Origin: Bacteroidota bacterium
GTDB lineage: Bacteria > Bacteroidota > Ignavibacteria > UBA10030
Assembly: GCA_049522195.1 (NCBI GenBank)
Contig: JBEKOB010000008.1
Location: forward strand, 1,251 to 65,250
Reading direction: 5' to 3'
DNA length: 64,000 nt
A program made the translations under genes and the position numbers. This document shows positions 40,610 to 50,300 of the stretch, piece after piece. Each line of letters starts with the position of its first letter. The stretch's first letter is position 1. The notes under the pieces were generated by a model that worked only from the letters and a program-made list of their open reading frames with translations, was not told the DNA's origin and searched no databases.

Positions 40610-41677
40610 TTACTTTGGCGAAAGGCAATACGCCATAGTGATTTATGTCATTGCCAACAGTGGGAACAAGGGGATTGAACCAATAGGAACGGGACGGGAA
40701 GTCCCCGGCTTTCGCCCAATACGGACTAGCTACGGAGGGCAGTGCTCTCTTTCTGCATCCTTCTGAGGGAGGTGGAATAGTCACGAAATCCGACTCACTT
40801 CAAGTTCGTGACAACTTCTCCAGACGACGGACAAAGGTGTCGATAGGCCACTTGCTTCACACCCATTTTCCCTTTGGGTAATGAACGACGAGCTGGATGA
40901 TAACCACTCGAAGAACCCGGTCTTCGAAACAGCCTGCAGTCGGTTTGAACATGATCGAGCTGTCACAAAGGGATGCCTTGAAGAAACCGTTATTCTCTTG
41001 TTGATGAATGATGGGGTGGCACATCAACGCGAAATCTCCGACCGACAAATGCACTGGGTGAAGGAGCAACGCTGCTGTGAGCGTGGAGTACTCCTGATAT
41101 CCTCTATATAAAGAGCGCGGTGGTTTCTTATGACCTCTGATCTTCAACGCGACCATGTCAAGTAATTCAACAGTCGCGGACTTCCCGTATACAAAGGAGA
41201 GTGAACCGCTGTAATAAGGTAAAGCAGTCGCCCTGCGAGACGTTTGTTATTAGCAAAGACCCAATTTGTTGATCGCGTAGGCTTGCGAGGGCTCTTTGCC
41301 CCGCATCACGAAAATGCGAACTCGCAGCTTTCGGTACACATTTGTTTTGTTTCTCTACAGGGAACTGTGTATCATTGATTTGTTGTTACATTTGCAATGC
41401 AACGTTATCCTTCCAAACACTTGCGGATCTCAGGGGGAGCATTTTGTAGAGCCAGCATGAGATGCGCAATTGACCCAGCGAATCGATTTAACTCTATATA
41501 GTAGATGTTGATGTGCAGCATTGTGGAATCGTATTATCCGGACGAATTGTTGCGATATGGCAACGATAGTACGATGAGCACTTCCTCGGCTTAGCCCATC
41601 GGGCGAGTACGGCGGAGGAAGCGCGCCCTCCTAGATTGAAATTTCGATTGACAAACTCTTCAGAAAGGCGTTTACCT

Positions 41678-44600
41678 ATGCGTACAACGTTGGTACGTGT
41701 TACTATTTTTTGTGCACTCTGCGCCACTCTTCTTCCGCCGGAAATTTCTCTCGGTCAAATCACAGGCGCAATCACATCGGACACGACTTGGGCAACGGGG
41801 ACGGTGATCGCAGATTCCGTCTATGTGATCGCCGGAAAAACGTTGACCATCCAGCCAGGGACGATCGTCAAGTTCAACAAGGCTCTGGTCATCGCCGGCA
41901 TCCTTAATGCGAACGGGACTTTGGCCAACCCAATCACGTTCACGGCAAACTCTGGTTCGCCCGCGCCTGGAGCATGGTACGGCATCGAATTCCAGAATAC
42001 TGCCAACGTCGGTTCTGTGTTCAACTATTGCGTCGTGAGCTACGCCGGCGGCGGGCCAAATGCAGCCGCTATCTTTTACAAGACTGGCGCCTACGCTATC
42101 AGCATATCCAACTGCGTAGTTAACTTCAGCTCCACGAACGGCATCAACGTCCGCGCATCCTCTCCCCATATCTGGCGATCGACATTCGACCAGAACGCCG
42201 GCTACGGAGTCTTCAGCGACTTTCTTACGACGTTCGTGGTCGACACCTCGTGCGTCATCACGCACAATACCGCGGGGGGCATTCGAATTGCCGTAAACGC
42301 GACTCCTGTGATCATGAACAGTCGGATCGATTCCAATGGGGTTGGAATCTTCATGGACAATGGCGCTCGCCCGACTATCACGAACAACTACATCCGCGGG
42401 AATTCCATCGGTCTGCAATTCACGGCGATCGGATCCGGCCAGCCCGTTATCACAGCGGATACAATTGTGGGAAACATTCAATGGGGATTCTACAACTCCA
42501 GCACAACGCAAACGGTTCTGGCAGAACGGAACTACTGGGGAAGCGATACCGGACCGTATAGTCCGACAAATAATCCGACAGGGCAGGGGGATCGCGTCAG
42601 CCCCCTTGTCGACTTCCAGCCCTGGAGCATCCAGGCATCAGCGCTGACCGTAACAAATGAGACTGCCACCATCGGCGGTAACACAACCTGGGCAAGTGGT
42701 GTGCACTGGGTGAAGAATAGCATCACCGTGAATGGTGGTATAACTCTGACGATCAATCCCGGTGTCATCGTGAAATTCGCTCCGGGGGCGCGTCTTCTGA
42801 TCAATGGCGCATTGATCGCGAACGGGCAAGCGAACAACATGATCATCTTCACTTCTGAAAAGGATGATAGTTACGGTGGCGATTCAAACGGAGATGGAAC
42901 AGCGACCGGGCCAAATCCAGGTGACTGGGATTGTGTGTACATGAATGGCGGCGGTGCCAGCTCGTTCTCGTATTGTATTTTCAAATTTGGTGGCTCCGGA
43001 GGTACGGCAAACTTGTACTTCGTGAATATCAGCCCCAACCCTGTTACGAACATCTTCTCAACGAATTCATCCAACTACGGTCTCTACCTGAATAGTTCTA
43101 ATCCAACAATCAGCAATTCCATCTTCGGTGGCAACGGATCGCATGGCATCCTGGCACAGGGGAATTCACGTTTGCAGATACACAAGTGCGTTTTCACAGG
43201 AAACGGCAGTTGGGGGATTGATGCCGACGGTGGCACCGCCAATGCCACGGTGGTTTCCATGGACAGCTCCAATGTCTCCCGCAATGGTGGTGGTGGTGTT
43301 TATAGTTGGTATTCCACGGGAGTTCAAACATTTTCCTACAATCGAGTCGATTCCAACGCAGCGACGGGTATCTGGACGTTCAATGTCGGAGGCCCGGATA
43401 CTGTCAAATATCTGAACAACGTCATCATAGGAAATGGGCAAGAAGGAATCGTTACGTCCCGGTCGTCCATTGTCAGCAATACAATTCAAAACAACCGCTA
43501 TCCGATCGCATTGTTGGGCAGAGTGAATTCAACGTACAGCGGGAATACGATCACCGGCAATGCCTACAATAATACTATCGCCCTCCGGCTAAACAGGTAC
43601 GAAGAGAGCTACTCCGACACATTGAAGGCAGTCTTCCCATCAAGCATGAGTTCTCCTGTCTACACGTTCATTGAAAACGCACCCGGATGGGGAGTGGTCG
43701 GGGGCAACACGCTGGTCATTCAACCCGGCGTCATTATCAAGATGGCTGCCGGCCTGTATTGGCGAGTGGAAGGCTCGCTGAAGGCAGACGCAAGTGCCGG
43801 GAGCCCGATTGTTTTTACCTCCTACCGAGACTCAACCTACGGGGGGAAGACAAATCTCCCGACCGATTACTCTTTGCCGGCGAGGGGGGACTGGGACTAC
43901 TTCCGCATCCGCACGTCTTCATCCGTCGGCACCGTCCTCAAAAATGTAATATTCAAATTCGGCGGCTACTCCTCCGGTGAGGGAACCCTTTGGATCGAAG
44001 CTCAGGCATCGCTCACGACACCGGTTACAAACGTCATCGTCCGAAAATCCTATTCGATGGGAATACGTACCGGCGACTCGCAGATTTCCTTCACGGGTAT
44101 TACCCTTGACAGCTGCGGTGCTGAAGGTATGTACATCGAAGGAAGCAGTACAAACGGCAGCGGCGTTTCGACGGGATCGGATATCACGATACAGAATTCA
44201 ACGATTACTGATAATGGTGCCACCGGCCTGCGTGCGACGAGCGGCTCCGCGTACAGGCAAATTTCCAACTGTATCATCCGACGCAATGGCAGTTGGGGGA
44301 TAGGCGTCGACAATGGTGCCATCCAGCAGTCCATCTCGGGGAATACGGTGACGAACAACGGCGGGGGCGGCATCTATGATTACAGTCCCTCGATGTCTAC
44401 TGCGAATATACAGTTTGTCGGCAATCTCGTTACGGATCACGGGGATGAAGGAATTCTCTCCACCGAAGCAAGATTTGTCGATAACACGATTCAACGCAAC
44501 AGGTACCCGATCGGTGTGTGGGGGCGGACGGGCAACAGCTACGTCGACAACAACGGAGTTGATGGCAATATCATTAGCGGGAACACGTACAACAATGCAA

Positions 44601-47299
44601 TTTCGCTGCGCGGCAACAGCGCTGAACCGCTCTACGACACGCTGAAGAATACATTCCCATCCGCAATCACTTCGAAGACCTACGTCGCAATCGAAGATTT
44701 CCAGGTCAACAACGGCACGATGCTGGTGATACAACCAGGTGTCAATCTCAAGTTCCAGAGATTTGGAGGGAGGGGCCCCATCTTTAACGCTTATGGAACG
44801 GTGCTTGCACAAGGGACTCAGGCAAATCCGATTGTCTTCACATCCTGGCACGACAGCATCGCAGGCGGAAAAACAACGACACCTACCGACTGGGGAATTC
44901 CCTTGCCCGGGGATATTTATTATGTCGGGTTCCGGAACGGGAGCGGTAGTTCAATTATCCGATACTGCCAGTTCAAGTTTGGCGGAGGCGATGGCCAACA
45001 AACCGTCTATTTCGACGCGAACCTTGGTGCAATGGTTTTCAGCAACAACCTCATCAGAAAATCGTCCACCTCTGGAATATATGTCAACAATACTCCCATA
45101 ACGATCGACAGCACAACAGTTGACAGTTGCTCGACCTACGGTATTTACCTCAGTGGCAACAATGCGTCCTCTGTGACATTGAGAAATAGCCGGGTTGCGT
45201 ACAATGGAAGCTATGGCATATGGGCGCGGACTTCATCATCATTTACCGAGATGACAAACTGCACCATTATCGGCAACGGGGCCACGGGTGCATATATCGA
45301 AAACAATGGTAACCCCGGCGTTGCGCTGCGCGTCACAAACTCCAATGCGAGCAACAACAACGGTCATGGTTTCTACATCTCGGCACTCAACAATACCATC
45401 GACACACTGTTACTCTTTAAGAATTGCACCGTGTCCAACAATGTTCTCGCGGGTATCTTTTCGTCTCGTGCTTATTTGATGAGCGACTCGATCTTCGGAA
45501 ATCGCTACGCAGTCGGCGTCCTTGGTCAGCTCACAAAGGATAGCACAGGAAACGTCTTCGGCAACGTGTATCGGACGAACACGGTTTTCAACAACACGTT
45601 TAAGAAGACGCTCGTGACGGAGGGAACAATCTATGGAACGCTTGGCGGTTCATATCTTGAGGGAGATTCAGCAAAGGTCGTAGCCGTGCGCGGCGACGCG
45701 TTCGTCGCGGGCGGATCGACTCTCACGATAACTCCTGGCACCATCATCAAATTCCCGCGTGAGTATGGTAACGGGCGGCTCGAAGTGCAGGGTGTGCTGA
45801 AGTCTGAAGGTACATCCACAAACAAGATCGTGTTCACTTCCTGGAAGGACGATACGTACGGAGGTGATTCCAATGCGGACAGTATTGCGACTGTTCCGGC
45901 ACCCGGCAATTGGGACATGATCTGGCTGAACGGAGCTAGCAACAACACATCCCACATTTTCAACACTATTGTGCGTTACGGGAGCTCTTCAAACAACGGA
46001 AACATTCGCATCGACAATAGCAGTGCACCCGTCGACTCGAGCTATGTCTCGTTCAGCAGCTGGGCTGGCATCTATCTCTACAATTCCTCTCCTGCCATCA
46101 CAGCGACCGAGATTCATCACAACGTGAACTATGCAGTCTACGGTGATGGCTCTTCGAGCCCGGTACTTCACTTGAACAACATTCACGACAATACTGGGGG
46201 AGGTGTGTTCAACAATACGACCAATACTTGGAATGCCACCAGCAATTTCTGGGGAGCTGTAAGCGGACCGTACAAGAACCAGGGCAGTCCACAGAACCTG
46301 ACCGGCACAGGAAACCGGATTTACCTCAACAACTCGGGTGACGTGAACTATACGCCATTCCTGACGACGCGCACCGGCGTTCTTATGGGTGATGTCAGCC
46401 TGAACGGCACGATCACATCCTATGACGCTGCCCTCATTCTGAAGCACCTTGTGGCTCCATTTCTTACGGGGTCACAGCTCTCGGCGGCAGATGTTTCAGG
46501 TGACGGCTCGGTGAGTGCACTCGACGCATCTTATATATTGCGATATGTTGTCGGTTTGATCACAGGATTCCCCGGTTTGGGCAAGACAAGCTCGAGCCCA
46601 TCCCTTGCTTCAGCTTACGATCTCCGGACTGTTCGCGGATCGACAGCGGATGAGATTCAGATCGTTCTGCACCTGAATGGAACCATCCCGCTCTACGCGA
46701 CAGAACTTCAACTTGCGTACGATTCGACGCTGGTCACTCCGGTGGACGTGAGGAAAACGCAGGTCACCGATGCGATGATGATCGACTTCCGGATGAATCC
46801 CGACACTACCAAGATCGCCATGGCCGGCACGATGCCCATTACGCAGGATGGGGATGTCGTTGTGGTCGTCTTCCACCTGAAGGACAAGGCAAAAGGACTT
46901 TCGACGGTAGACTTCAAGGTCGTCCGTCTCATCCTGAACGAAACCAACGTGACTCCCGACGTCAAGCAGGTCGTGGTCAGTGCCGGCTTGGAGCCTGCGC
47001 TTCCTACGACGTTTGAAGTGGGTCAGAACTACCCCAATCCATTTAATCCCACAACAACGATTCAGTATCAGCTTCCTGCAACCAGTGTCGTGACAATTAC
47101 AGTGTACGACCTGCTGGGACATGAGATACGATCGTTGGTCAGTGGTGAGCAAGCTCCGGGGTACTACAGGGTAGTCTGGGATGGAAGAGACAGCCACGGC
47201 CTCCAGGTCGCAAGCAGTGTCTACTTCTACAGGATCCATGCTGTCTCGAACGACAGTCGGACGTTTACCACCGTTCGAAAAATGATGCTTCTGAAATAG
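41678..47299 (+). CDS. Giant secreted parallel beta-helix repeat protein with dockerin-like, cohesin-like and T9SS sorting domains
   Basis: The start is taken at MRTTLVRVTIFCALCATLL (signal peptide). It contains long runs of about 22-aa beta-helix turns (N.I..N...GI....). Five roughly 1-kb modules each end in an IVFTS..DD.YGGD.N.......P.PGDW junction. Confidence 0.85.
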   Translation: MRTTLVRVTIFCALCATLLPPEISLGQITGAITSDTTWATGTVIADSVYVIAGKTLTIQPGTIVKFNKALVIAGILNANGTLANPITFTANSGSPAPGAWYGIEFQNTANVGSVFNYCVVSYAGGGPNAAAIFYKTGAYAISISNCVVNFSSTNGINVRASSPHIWRSTFDQNAGYGVFSDFLTTFVVDTSCVITHNTAGGIRIAVNATPVIMNSRIDSNGVGIFMDNGARPTITNNYIRGNSIGLQFTAIGSGQPVITADTIVGNIQWGFYNSSTTQTVLAERNYWGSDTGPYSPTNNPTGQGDRVSPLVDFQPWSIQASALTVTNETATIGGNTTWASGVHWVKNSITVNGGITLTINPGVIVKFAPGARLLINGALIANGQANNMIIFTSEKDDSYGGDSNGDGTATGPNPGDWDCVYMNGGGASSFSYCIFKFGGSGGTANLYFVNISPNPVTNIFSTNSSNYGLYLNSSNPTISNSIFGGNGSHGILAQGNSRLQIHKCVFTGNGSWGIDADGGTANATVVSMDSSNVSRNGGGGVYSWYSTGVQTFSYNRVDSNAATGIWTFNVGGPDTVKYLNNVIIGNGQEGIVTSRSSIVSNTIQNNRYPIALLGRVNSTYSGNTITGNAYNNTIALRLNRYEESYSDTLKAVFPSSMSSPVYTFIENAPGWGVVGGNTLVIQPGVIIKMAAGLYWRVEGSLKADASAGSPIVFTSYRDSTYGGKTNLPTDYSLPARGDWDYFRIRTSSSVGTVLKNVIFKFGGYSSGEGTLWIEAQASLTTPVTNVIVRKSYSMGIRTGDSQISFTGITLDSCGAEGMYIEGSSTNGSGVSTGSDITIQNSTITDNGATGLRATSGSAYRQISNCIIRRNGSWGIGVDNGAIQQSISGNTVTNNGGGGIYDYSPSMSTANIQFVGNLVTDHGDEGILSTEARFVDNTIQRNRYPIGVWGRTGNSYVDNNGVDGNIISGNTYNNAISLRGNSAEPLYDTLKNTFPSAITSKTYVAIEDFQVNNGTMLVIQPGVNLKFQRFGGRGPIFNAYGTVLAQGTQANPIVFTSWHDSIAGGKTTTPTDWGIPLPGDIYYVGFRNGSGSSIIRYCQFKFGGGDGQQTVYFDANLGAMVFSNNLIRKSSTSGIYVNNTPITIDSTTVDSCSTYGIYLSGNNASSVTLRNSRVAYNGSYGIWARTSSSFTEMTNCTIIGNGATGAYIENNGNPGVALRVTNSNASNNNGHGFYISALNNTIDTLLLFKNCTVSNNVLAGIFSSRAYLMSDSIFGNRYAVGVLGQLTKDSTGNVFGNVYRTNTVFNNTFKKTLVTEGTIYGTLGGSYLEGDSAKVVAVRGDAFVAGGSTLTITPGTIIKFPREYGNGRLEVQGVLKSEGTSTNKIVFTSWKDDTYGGDSNADSIATVPAPGNWDMIWLNGASNNTSHIFNTIVRYGSSSNNGNIRIDNSSAPVDSSYVSFSSWAGIYLYNSSPAITATEIHHNVNYAVYGDGSSSPVLHLNNIHDNTGGGVFNNTTNTWNATSNFWGAVSGPYKNQGSPQNLTGTGNRIYLNNSGDVNYTPFLTTRTGVLMGDVSLNGTITSYDAALILKHLVAPFLTGSQLSAADVSGDGSVSALDASYILRYVVGLITGFPGLGKTSSSPSLASAYDLRTVRGSTADEIQIVLHLNGTIPLYATELQLAYDSTLVTPVDVRKTQVTDAMMIDFRMNPDTTKIAMAGTMPITQDGDVVVVVFHLKDKAKGLSTVDFKVVRLILNETNVTPDVKQVVVSAGLEPALPTTFEVGQNYPNPFNPTTTIQYQLPATSVVTITVYDLLGHEIRSLVSGEQAPGYYRVVWDGRDSHGLQVASSVYFYRIHAVSNDSRTFTTVRKMMLLK
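46388..46555 (+). other. Dockerin-like module (two Ca-loop/helix segments)
   Basis: GDVSLNGTITSYDAALILKHLV ... ADVSGDGSVSALDASYILRYVVG. The second segment fits the D.S.DG.V...D + helix dockerin pattern; the first is slightly degenerate. Confidence 0.6.
46655..46982 (+). other. Cohesin-like module
   Basis: IQIVLHLNGTIPLYATELQLAYDSTLVTPVDV....GDVVVVVFHLKDKAKGLSTVDFKVVRLILNE follows the cohesin pattern (v.V.l......a..f.l.YD...l........G.l..i.Fk......G...i........n). Confidence 0.5.
47012..47296 (+). other. T9SS (Por) C-terminal sorting domain
   Basis: FEVGQNYPNPFNPTTTIQYQLP.....ITVYDLLGHEIRSLV...QAPGYYRVVWDGRD..G..VASSVYFYRI. Confidence 0.8.
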
Positions 47300-47357
47300 A
47301 CGTGAATGTCAGAGGGGAAATGATCAATCACCGTCATTCACGAACTCTTGAAGGGCA

Positions 47358-50300
47358 TTGATGTCTCACACACTTAGGTCGACACTACTCAGCATCGCGT
47401 TGGTGGTTTGTCTGGTCGCGGCAGCAGAACCCGCTGCCGCCCAGGCCAAACTCCTCACGGTGCCCGATACGACGGCGAAGAAAGGTGATACGCTGCTGGT
47501 CCCGCTGCGCATTTCGAGCCTCGCGACGCTCGACAGCGTGTACTCCGGGCAGTTCACCCTCTCCTACAATTCCGGGGTGATGTATATCTACGACATCTCC
47601 ACTGCCGGCACACTCCTCGCGGGAACGGGAAATGTTTCCTTTAATCCCACCACGCGTCAGCTTGCGTTCGCTTCCGGAACGATCATCACCGGCTCAGGGC
47701 CCCTTATCTACCTGAAAGTCGCCACTTCTGCCAGTCCGTCGTCTTTGACGGATGTCATAAGCGTTACCTCTGCGGCTTTCAATGAGGGAACTCCTGCCAT
47801 TACGATCCACAATGGGAACTTCCGGTTCCGGACGATCACCATTTCGCCGAAGACTCCTCCGGGAAATCTTGTCGTTGGTGATTCTCTTCAGTTCTCGGTC
47901 TCCGGCGACCAGATCCCACCACTCACGTGGACGTCGTCGAATCCCTCCTTTGCGACTATCGACGCAAACGGGAAACTGCATGGCGTGGGAGTCGGGCAGC
48001 TGACTGTGTACGTCCAGGATTCGCAGGGCCTAAGGGACTCAACGAACCTGTTCCCAATCAACTCGCCTCTGCTCAACAGTCTCACGCTGTCGCTGCATGA
48101 TACAAGTTACACGCAGACGCTGACTTTCAATCTGCCAGTCTATATATCAGACGTGACGAGTCTTGGCATCATTTCTTCGCAATTCACGCTGACGTTCAAC
48201 TCATCGATTCTTCAGGCATTGGACGTGATCAAGGCGGGATCAATGAGTTCAACCTGGACGGCCCCTGCTTACAATATTTCGGGGGGACGCATCGACGTTG
48301 CTCTTGCTGGAAGTCAGCCACTGTCCGGCTCAGGGGTTTTGGTGTACGTGCGTTTCAAAGTACTCCCTGCTGCATCAGGCTCCACCACGATTGCGTTGTC
48401 AAATGTCCTGTTTAATGAGACGATCCATGCTTCGCTCGTCAACGGCAACTTCGGGACGATTGCAGCCCCCATTCTGATTATAGCGCCGGCGACGGGGATC
48501 TTGACCAAAGGAGACACGACAACCTTCCGTGTTACAAGCGGTGGACATCCCCCCTACTCCTGGACGAGCACCAGTCCTTCTGTCGCGACGATCAACAACA
48601 CGACCGGGCTTCTGACTGCTATTGCCCGTGGAACAACCACTGTCGCCGTCGTTGATTCTCTCAGCTTTACCGCGACGTCCGGCTCAATTGCCGTCAACGA
48701 CCTGCGGGTTTCGTTGCCGGACACGTCCGTGAACATTGCCGACTCCGTTGATGTCCCGATTACCACAGATCTCCTCACAGGACTCGGCATCTACTCGTAC
48801 GATTTCAGGCTTGTGTACGACTCGACTGTCGTGAAAATTGCCCAAGTATTGACCGCGGGAACACTGAGCAGCGGCATGACGATCGCAGTGCGCGATACGG
48901 TTGACACACTCCGTGTCGGCGCAGCTGGACCGGCCCCTCTGAGCGGTTCCGGTACACTGCTGAAAATTCGTTTCAAGGCCGCCCCGGGAGTTAGCCTCAG
49001 TCAATTGAGCAGCACACGCTTCGCGTTCTTCAATTTCAACGAGCCTGGTTCAGGGACTGCGACTGCTACGCCTCGCAACGGATCGATAACAATTGGCAAC
49101 GTGCTCCCTTCGGCTCCTGCTGCACCAACGCTCCTTTCCCCAACGACAGGGGCTACAGGTGTGGCCGTGGCGCCTGCACTGAGCTGGAATGCATCGACAG
49201 GAGCCACAAGTTACACGTTGCAGGTCTCCACAGTGGCCAATTTTGCGTCAACGGTTGTCAACCAAAGTGGAATTGCGGCTACGTCATTCAGCGCTTCTGG
49301 ACTGGCTAATAATACCCTTTATTACTGGCGCGTCAGCGCGACCAATGCAGGAGGGACGAGCGCGTACTCCACCGGGTTCTCGTTCACAACGATCATTGCT
49401 GCTCCGCCTCCTCCGTCTCTTGTCTCACCGGCCAGTGCGTCGACCGGTGTTTCCCTTACACCAACACTCAGCTGGAATGCCGCCTCCACGGCGACGAGTT
49501 ACACCGTGCAGGTGTCGACAGATCCGGCGTTCGGCTCGTTTGTGATCAATCAGGCCGGAGTAGCTTCGACATCGTATGTTGCGGGAGGGCTTTCGGGTAA
49601 CACGACGTACTATTGGAGGGTGAGTGGAACAAATGTGGGCGGCGCAGGTAACTACTCAAGTGTTTTCAACTTTGCAACGGGGTCGGGGGCTCCTGCTGCG
49701 CCGGTGCTCTCTTCGCCGCACGATACAGCAACAGCCATCGCTCTGAGCCCGACACTGAGTTGGAACGCCGTGACCGGAGCAACAAGCTACACGTTGCAGG
49801 TTTCGACAGCTGCTGATTTTTCAGCACTTGTCGTAAATCAAAGTGGCATCGCGGGGGTCTCGTCTTCGGTAGGTCCTTTGACCGCGACTACTCTTTATTA
49901 CTGGCGCGCCAGTGCGACAAACGCTGGAGGCACGAGCGCTTTTTCCTCCGCATTCAGATTTACAACGGCCATAGCTCCACCTGCAGCTCCAACGCTCGTC
50001 TCGCCGCACGACACAGCGACGGGCATCGCGGTGAATCCGACATTGACATGGAACTCTTCCGCCACGGCGACATCGTACACCGTACAAATCTCAACGAGTC
50101 CAACCTTTTCCTCGTTTGTTGTCAATCAAAACGGCATTGCGACGAACTCGTACAACGCGACTGGATTGGGGGGAGTCACCCTTTACTTCTGGCGTGTGAG
50201 CGCGACGAATGCAGGAGGATCGAGCGCTTTTTCCAGCACATTATCTTTTACCACAACCTTGAGCCCTCCAGCAGCTCCCACTCTCTCGACACCGCAGAAT

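Noticed and set aside
40479-41156. Three overlapping short - strand ORFs (101, 61 and 99 codons), considered as real genes
   Set aside because: They are in different frames and overlap one another, and they have no motifs or RBS. At best they are fragments of one decayed gene, as noted in the findings.
41672-47239. Several long antisense or off-frame ORFs inside the giant beta-helix gene (for example 41672..42511, 44198..44851, 46610..47239)
   Set aside because: They lie inside a single 1873-codon ORF with a clear signal peptide, repeats and a T9SS domain. Their compositions are Arg/Asp-rich frame shadows.
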